Positions 55,092 to 64,000 of a stretch of 64,000 nt of DNA are shown here, one piece after another; position 1 is the stretch's first letter, and the number at the start of each line of letters is the position of its first letter. Source of the stretch: Trichoplax sp. H2 (Eukaryota); the NCBI GenBank assembly GCA_003344405.1, contig NOWV01000123.1, forward strand, positions 124,001 to 188,000. The letters run 5' to 3'. Under the pieces are notes generated by a model. That model saw only the letters and a list, made by a program, of their open reading frames with translations. It was not told the DNA's origin and did no database searches. The position numbers and the translations under genes are program-made.

Positions 55092-57140
55092 TTAATGGGA
55101 CAGCATTACTGAAGTTGATGCTTTCGTCTATTATATAATGAAAAGATTACTAGGTTAGAAATAAGTAAAAAGTTGGATATACAATTGATTAAGGCAAATA
55201 GTGGTAATGCACAAGAGTAAATTCATAAAATATTGTAGACTTCAGAAGTACTCTTGAAATATACTAAATATCGTAAGATATTACATCGCTACCTTGGCTT
55301 CGTTGATTTCTTCTGTCCAATCCATTGCAGCAATTCGGGGTACAACATCAAGAAGTAGATCAATAACTTTATTGATATTCTGCTTAAATGCGGCGAGTGC
55401 TAATTCGACCGTTACCTTCAAAGTAGTAAAATACAGACATAGTTTTTTTGAAACTGTGTTTTACTTTATGCAAAATATATATTTTAAATTTCTGTCACAA
55501 CAACAGAAGAATAAGTAAGAGGAATAGAACTATGCACATTTAAACAATTTCTTGGTGATTTTGGTTTTGCTCTAAGAATTGCAGCACACTGTCTGCTTTC
55601 TAGTAGGTTTTCAAAATAGTTGCATGATTATATTATGCAGTACTACTTACAGCTTGCTCCGTTTCTAACCAAGCATCATAATCCGTTGGAAGAGCTATAC
55701 TTGCGTATAGTAGACCAGCTTCATTCGCAAGGCAGACTTCAGGTACAGTGGTCATATTTACAACAGTAGCCCCCCAGCTCTTGAAAAGTCTGCTTTCAGC
55801 TCTGGAAGAAAATCTGGGGCCCTCGATCGTCACTACAGTTCCTGACCGATGATGTTTCAGATTGAGGCTTGAAGCGCTGTTTGAAATGGTCTGAATAAAA
55901 ATAACTCATTTAAAAAGATTCAAAAACTATTCACAGCAAGCTAATGCACTTATTACTATCGAGACGCATGCATACTCGTACCTCTCGTAGCTTAGCACAG
56001 AAAGGCTCACTCATAGGGATGTGGCATACTCCGGCTGGGCTGTTTTGATGACCATCATAGAAGGTAGAAGTTCTCTTAGTCGTACGATCAAGGAATTGAT
56101 CAAGGATGACAATATCGCCAGGTTCGACATGTTGTTGCAATGACCCGCATGCAGTAGTTACAATTACATGTGTGCAGCCAGCTTGCTTCAAGGCGTCAAT
56201 ATTAGCGCGAAAGTTTACATTGGTCGGCATGATGGAATGTTTACGACCATGCCTATGGACGTAATTAATTAATGATTACACTAAATTTAATACTATACTA
56301 TACATTATTATTATTTATTAGTTGTTATATTATTGACAGGATTACGGTGATCTGACACTATCTTGCATTGTAGCAATACAGTTAAGAATGAGTTGCTTAT
56401 CGAAATGCATAGACTGTGTGTATTTAATTCTCACCGTGCTAATAAAACACAAGGAACGCCTTTAATTTTTCCAGATATTAGTTGATCAGAAGGCTGTAAA
56501 ATCATCAGGTAAAAGCTGCTTGAGACACTAATATAATCGTATTAATAACTACTCCATATTTATTTATGCTATATAGACTACTTCATTTTGCAATGAACAG
56601 TTAATATTTTCTTCTAGCATCAATAAAGAGCGTATCATTCAATCAATGCTACCTTGCCGTATGGTGTATCATATTCCTTTTCTACTCTCTCATCAAGAAT
56701 ATTAGGATTATCAAGCCCCGTGCCACCAATTATGCCTATCTAAAATAGAGGATATGTATTGCTATACTTTAGCTTAGAAATGGTTTGAAAAAATTTAAAA
56801 TTGAATGCAGCTATTGCAAGTCGGCAATACCGTAGCCACCTAGTTGCAAATACTTCTGGTGCAATTAAGTTTGTCGACACAAATTTGTATGCGCGGAAGA
56901 CGGCATAGTTAAATGAACGTGGAGCATAAACGTAATACTGTACCGATCGATCAAGATTTCATTGCTAATTGCAAAACTACACTTTATGCATGTACTGTAC
57001 GAATATATGGCATAATCCAATTCACAGTTAATAAAGTACGCGTATGTGTACGATTAAATAACGTCTGATTGCTGTAGATTTTATATTAATCAATGAAATA
57101 GCATTTTCCATTTTACGCGTAAACTTACTTTTACTGACAT
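55092..57140 (-). CDS. MTAP: S-methyl-5'-thioadenosine phosphorylase, multi-exon
   Basis: [16 protein letters not shown]...TPYGK|PSD...[22 protein letters not shown]...TTACGSL...[13 protein letters not shown]...NMTTVPE...TDYD. Confidence 0.96.
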
Positions 57141-57720
57141 CTTGAATTTCTGCAAGTACCTTGTACGCCTAAATTAACTAATTAATTAGCAGAAAGTCGA
57201 TAACTTGGGTGGGTAATTGAATCAATCAATCTGATCTTTCTGGATAGTATCTTGGACTGGTTGGTATTAGAACATGTGCATTACCATTTGACTGCATATT
57301 AATAACCTTACTCGTATTACTAGTGGGGTTACAATACACTACCTGGGACTAAATGAAAACCAGAGGGACAGATGGACACGAAACGGTCGCTCTATACAGT
57401 ACAGTATAGTAAACGCTTTCAGTGATAGAATGACCACCCGGTACAACTTTTGATTGAGTACATGGCCTCCCCCTCACACCTGACTAATGACTACTACAAT
57501 ATATCCTACAGACGCATGACACGTATGCACGAGTTTGCGCGTTCACTCGAACTACGGTAGAGCTTCAATGACCGTTTCGCTAGCGAATTTCTTCATATTC
57601 AAAAGTCTGTTACAGAATCTCTAGGTACCTAAAGTGGAGAGTTGAACATCAATTTCCTTTCCTGTACAGTAATTCTCGAATCTTTACAGTTTAGACAGTT
57701 AAGGAGTTGGTCGATTGAAA

Positions 57721-60700
57721 ATGACTGCCCAGAAATACCTTTGGTTTACTCTTACTTGCCTTTTTTACACAAGTTTGCTCGCTAGTATTGGTTATGCTGG
57801 CTCAGGATTACCTAAGGGTGCTCAACCATCACGTAAGTTGTCCATGATAATAAACGAGTATCATTAATTATTGTAATCACTTGCACCAAAATTTCTTAAA
57901 CCTTGACGTCGAAATAGTATTCTATACGTGTACATGAGCTGCGATGGAGCTTTATTGAGTTAGCATATACAATAAGCTTGAACAGCAGCATGAAGGCATT
58001 TTATGGAAATGACGACGACGATTTATCGTTGATACAATTAGCTTGTATTTGGATTTCTTTTACTACACTACTGTACTGTACACTGATCTAGAATTGAAAT
58101 TGAAGACTATGAACACAGATTGTCATATCTAGCAATTTAAGAATCGACATTTATAGTAAATTGGTATCATAATCCCAAACAGTAAAATTATACTGTTATC
58201 AAATAATGCAGTCGCTAGTGTAATTCTAGAGCAGCGATCAACTTATCTTTCGAGATTCTGCTGTAATATCGTGTGCCTTTAGGGAAACAGATGACTAGGA
58301 AATAGAAAAACTCATATGATTGCCCCATTAGCAACGGCTTACGTGTATATCAGTCTGTATCCATACGAATAGATAGAACATTGTAAATAATTCCGACAAT
58401 AAAACACGTCAAACGTAAGACTAGGTTTAGTGCTCATGTTCTATGTTCCACTTACTATGCAGTACATCAGAATTTGCACAGTCTTATTTTACGTCTATTA
58501 TACCCACACCTTTGTCACTAGGTCATCGAAAGTAGTGGCTGTATTAATTGAATATTTACTGCAACTCCATGGAAGGTGCAGCTAAATATGATGTACCAGA
58601 CGTACTCTAGATCATCCCCATGATAGATTACTTATACTATAGAATACTATAATTATATACATCTAATTTAACTAAATTATGCAGTAGTATAGATATATAA
58701 ATTGCTATCAATGAATTATTATACTTGAATTAATATGATTGTAGTTTATAATTGCAATACTGATATGGTTATTCGTACTAAGTACGAACCAATTTATTTG
58801 CGGTCTACTGCAAATCAACTATATAAGCCGTATATAAATTCACGATGTATTTGATTGCTATGCCACTGCAATATCATTCTCATTTATAAACAACCGGCGT
58901 CATACAGTATCTCACGTAGTTCACGTTGCATATGTTAAGCTTATCTTGGTGTTATACTAAGACAATTGTACTTAAATTATATATTATAGTTGCTTCGAAC
59001 TATGACTCCAGCCGTCCTTTCCGATGCTTGAACGGATTAGCAACTATTGATTTCACTAGCGTGAACGACAATTACTGTGACTGTTCTGATGGAAGTGATG
59101 AACCAGGTAATATACTGCTCTATATATCAGTAATTTTAAAGCGTAACAAAAGTGATATTTATGTGCGTATGTCTTTCAATACATGTCCCATGGCTGATAT
59201 AATTTAAGATTAAAAGTTATATTTGTGCTAATATCCACGTAACTACCAACTCTTTGATAATCTGTAGATACATTACATTGCGTTGAATAAAACTGTGGAT
59301 GTAGTGTATTAGTTTGAGGGTATTCCAAGTTTGCAATTTATGCTTTTCGATTGCAAGGATGACCAAATTACTTACATCAATATTAATGAATTTTAAGGTC
59401 AAAAATTCACTTTTATTTCACGAGCCTGACTAAGAACCGAATTTGAGTAGCTCGTAGTAGAGTGCACGACTGGATAGTTCGTCAAATGCTTCAATAATGA
59501 TTAAATATTATTGCTTATGGCTGTATTCTCTCTGTACACGCATACTGGCCTAAATGATCGTTTCCACTACAGTATAATTGAAAGCTTACTTGGAAAGAAT
59601 TATCTTAAAGTTCAAACACAGTATCAATAGTATCGTTAAATCTAATTCATCTCGTTTCGTTTCGTCGTTATTTCTAGGCACGTCTGCTTGCCCAAATGGT
59701 CGATTTTATTGCCATAATGTTGGTTATAAACCGTTGATATTTCCTTCTTCTCGCGTAAATGATGGCATTTGTGGTAAGACATATAATTGTGATTGAATAA
59801 TGAATCAATTTACAACGTTGATACAGTAGTTATAGTTAAAATAGATATCCCGAATAATTTACTCTTAGTACCTAGTAATATTATAATTATATCGACAAAG
59901 TAGTACAGGTCCAAGGCAGTCAAAAGCTAAGCCACAGATCAGTAGTGGAACAGCTGAGCGTACTCATACATGTAACATTTAAGATGGATGTTGCTACTGT
60001 TAAAAATATGAACGATTCAGCTGCTACAGTCTATATCAAATATATTCCTGTTAATTATTCCTTATTTTTATATCCATTGCGATTTTGTAGCTATTCTATT
60101 GTAAAAGGCAAAAAGATCAATAGTGCGTTATTCGAATTGGCTATAATATCATCCTGTTAAACTGACAGTCGTTGTTGTTACTTTACTATCTATGGACATG
60201 TTAATGTATGGTATAGTATGCTTTTTGAAATTAATTACTGTACTAGTAGAGAACAACAATTGCTCATACTGTTGCTAATAGTCTGGATATTATTAGTGAA
60301 CAAATACGATCGAAAGTATTCACATTCGACTAGACTTTCCTAAAAATAACAACTTCCTCAATTAACCTTACTCTTAGTACAGTATAATGCCTTATCTATA
60401 GATACAAGTTTCAATATCACTTCATTCATATAATGCTCGTGGGCTCTGTAATCAAATAACAAGGCACTTAAAATATATGGGAATGAAATTTTTAACTTAT
60501 AAAAACATTGAAAAATTATTATTGTGATTATTATAATTATAGTTCTATTAATAATATTTTTAAATGAACTAAAATAGATTGTTGTGATGGTACGGATGAA
60601 TATGACGGTAAAATTTCTTGCCAGAATACATGCGAGTCAGTACTTGTTTTTTTATTCAATTAAATACCGTGAAATAATCAGTACTATGAGGATATATCCA

Positions 60701-63697
60701 TATCGATCTATTTCTATGCGTGACTCTTTTAGTGAAGTAGGAGCTAAATATCGCGAAGAGTTGAGAAAATTGCAAGAGGAAGCTGAAAAGGTTGAGTAAA
60801 TTATTTTTATGCATGGATGGTGTATTTGAATTGCCAATGTTCAATATTTTAAATCTGCAATAACGTAATCTTGAGACAATGGCCCAAAGTCAATAGGAAT
60901 TGCTAAATTTACCCTCAAATAGGGCTATGTGATGCGATTACAATATGCAAAGGAGGGTTTAGAAGCTAAAGAAAAATATAAGGTTCGTTCTATCTGTATT
61001 ACGTAGACATTTTTAATTTTGTGTTTCAACAAATTCTATATATTCACTAGAGTCGATTGATTACGTGCTATATTGCGTATAAATATAATACAGTATTTGG
61101 AACTAATTGTGTTCTTATTAGGCAAAACTGCAATCGTTGAAAGCAGATATTGAAACTGTTAGGCAGAAAGCTTCAGAGCTTGAAGGTAACTCAATTGTAC
61201 TTCACGACCCTATCATTTATCTGGTTTCCTATTGTGATATTTGCTTTTTTATCGGAATACCTTATGTTGTAATGGTGGTGTAGATCATTTACAGTATCAT
61301 GGGTATTGAATATGTCATTTCAGTTGCTAATATTTAACACGTTACACTCGCTATATGATATTCGATAATAATCACACGATAATACCGAAGGCATACAATG
61401 CAAAGCATAGTTTTTTTGTATAAGCGACCAAATTTCTTACAGTTAACTTAATTCTTTATTTAAATGGATAGCAAAAAAGAGTGAAGCCGAAAAATCTGAA
61501 AAGGAGAGATTAGACGCTTTCGAAAAGGAATGGGAAGGTATAGTCAATTCTACATCGGTAGCTATTAAAATACGTCTATACATTGTATTGCACCATTGTT
61601 TATTGCAGAAACTAAGGCTAAGAAACGCGAAGAATATTATAATAGTAAATCGAAGAGTACTTTCGACGAGCTTGATAGCAATAAAGACGGCAGGTGATAC
61701 GTTTATAAGATAAGTTAGAATCACCGTTTGTCAAACGTTTCACTAACAACTGTTGTAACGAACGCGCAGTATCACCGTCAACGAAATCATTGGAAATCTC
61801 GCATTTGATGCCGACGGCAATGGTGAAGTGAGTGAAGAGGAAGCAAAAGTAAGATTTATAAACTAAATTTTCATATTTTTCCTACAAAATACTAATGTAG
61901 ATAAACCTTAACCATTTTAGCAAGCCCTAGGAGAAGCCGGCATAATTTCAAGTTATGATAATTTTATGTCTGATGTGTGGCCAAAGTTTAATGATAAGCT
62001 GGTTCAGATAAAACCTCAAGTAACTAGAAATCTGGGGTTCAATTTATACGTAGAAAATACATAAGCTAACTATATATATCATATTTTTAGGGGTTGGACT
62101 CTGGTGAGCGCTCGATGGAGTAAGTGATGCGTTGTTATCTACAATTTTGTCAAAAATTTTCGCTATATGAATTGCATACCTTCATGAAATTATAGACAAC
62201 CCGCTGATAGCCATGAAGTAAACATCGATGACGACATCGTAGCTGAAGATGAAGATGAAGCTGCAAAGGAACATGTAGCTGTAGCGCAAGGTGTGTACAG
62301 CAAGGATTAGGTCTAGCTAAGTATTATTTCTAGAAAATAGTAAAGTTACGGGTGCAATAAATCTATCTGATGTCATAGTAATTATTATTGTGAGATACTA
62401 TCGCCTTTTTTATTGCCTTTTGTTGGCAACTAATATTAGCAAGTATAGGACTTTACAAGTATGATTATTGTTCCTTAACTTTACTGATTTTACCACACCC
62501 TAAACACTATATGAGACTCAGCATTAAAATAGCGTATTAAGTTGATATACACTAATTTTGTTTTTATTCCCTTTCCGTTAACCTGTAGAAGAAGACATGT
62601 ACGGTCAAAAACCTGAACATGATGAAGAATTAAAAAATCTCGTTGCAGGTATAACTCAACTATCCTTAGCAATGATGTCGATGTTGATATCGCTTTACTA
62701 TTTAATTCCCATGATTACAGTAAACAGTAATCAAGCTTTATAAAATAGTATTCCATGTCTATTTTACCACAAAAATCTATTGTTATACAATTAATATGCA
62801 CTGAAAGTTATCATTTTCAACTCTTGTGTAAAAATATACTTACATTAACAAAAAACAGTGGCTGATAAAGCTCGGCAAGAATATAAGGCTGCGGAAGACA
62901 ATAAGAACAATATGGAGAATGAAATCCAGTAAGACAAACTATTTACTTTGAGATTGTGTTACTTGTGACAGTGGAGCTGTAACAAAGCTGAATTTGTCAT
63001 TTTGTTACAGGGAGATCGAGAAGGTACTAGGTAGTGACTTTGGATCGGAAGAGGAATTTGCCTACCTACGAGGCAAATGCTATCAATTTACCGATAGAGA
63101 GTGTGTATTTATTGAGTCTAATTGGTTGTCATACTGTATAAACTCACATGTCGGCAGCTTATATAATTAAACCAATTGTAATTATCTATTGGTTCTAGAT
63201 ACACTTATGAGCTTTGTCCGTTTGACAAGGTAACACAAACTTCAAAATCAGGAGGTTCACAAACATCATTAGGGTATGTTATATATACGACAAGGATATG
63301 CGGTATATTATAATGTATATGATGACATGAAAAGTAAAAAGCGCTGCTGCGCTCCTAATTATTTCGATTGCAGTACATGGGGTTCCTGGGTTGGAGCAGA
63401 AAACAAATACTCTAAAATGAAATACGAAGGAGGCCAAAATTGTTGGAATGGCCCTGACCGATCAGCGACAGTCAGTATACTGATACTACTAGTCTTAGAT
63501 ATAAATTTACTAACATTGCTTTCAACCAATTGAGTTGATTACATCATATTTGCATTTCGTAGATCGTCATATCCTGCGGTACTGAAGATTCATTGATATC
63601 GGCATCAGAGCCTAATCGATGCGAATATTTGATGGAATTTAAAACCCCTGCTGCTTGTTTTTCTAGAGGCAATAAGAACTCTCACGACGAATTATAA
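57721..63697 (+). CDS. PRKCSH: Glucosidase II beta subunit, multi-exon
   Basis: Signal-peptide-like start, [27 protein letters not shown]...[19 protein letters not shown]-hand-like and acidic segments, MRH domain ([27 protein letters not shown]) and terminal HDEL*. Confidence 0.96.
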
Positions 63698-64000
63698 TTA
63701 TTAGAAATAATGTTATATTTCTTGCCAATTTAAACATTACTGATCCCATGTGAAACAGTGACGGCGTTATTTTATGTTCAACTAATATTCGATTACATAG
63801 TTGACAGAAAGTGAAATAGCTTAAATATTTTTAAATGTAGTAATTACTGATGTAAATGATGTTAACTGGGTTTTGAGCCAATTCCTGAAATTTGTGATTT
63901 ACTAATTAATTAATTATTAATTAAATAAAATTTTATCTACAATTTATTTTACCGAGGACGTACGCCTATAAAAATCAAGTAGCACCTGTGTATCATCTAA

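Overview
AT-rich eukaryotic genomic DNA, gene-dense, with many short (mostly about 60-150 nt) spliceosomal introns. Gene content and architecture suggest a non-bilaterian animal, most plausibly a placozoan (Trichoplax-like); this is inference, not a database result. Manual splicing gives 12 protein-coding genes: UBE3C (5'-partial, +), WDR83OS/Asterix (-), SARA/endofin-family ZFYVE9/16 (+), NDUFB7 (-), a mitochondrial-type MutS homologue MSH1 (+), DYNC2LI1 (-), ALKBH7 (+), R3HDM4 (-), AGBL4/CCP6 (+), MED26 (-), MTAP (-) and PRKCSH (+). Ten of them form five head-to-head pairs. Main observations: (1) the intron-rich MSH1 has a predicted mitochondrial presequence and intact ATPase motifs, but the mismatch-reading Phe of the Phe-X-Glu motif is Ala, and the C-terminus carries a duplicated bacterial-MutS-like tail; (2) palindromic TACTG/CAGTA pentamer arrays cluster upstream of gene starts; (3) six genes have human orthologues on 19p13 and three more on paralogous 1p32-33/9p21; (4) three short tandem duplications, one creating a potential new in-frame AGBL4 exon; (5) two related MITE-like inverted repeats. 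I found no rRNA, tRNA, CRISPR array or autonomous transposon. Exon boundaries were read by eye and are approximate.
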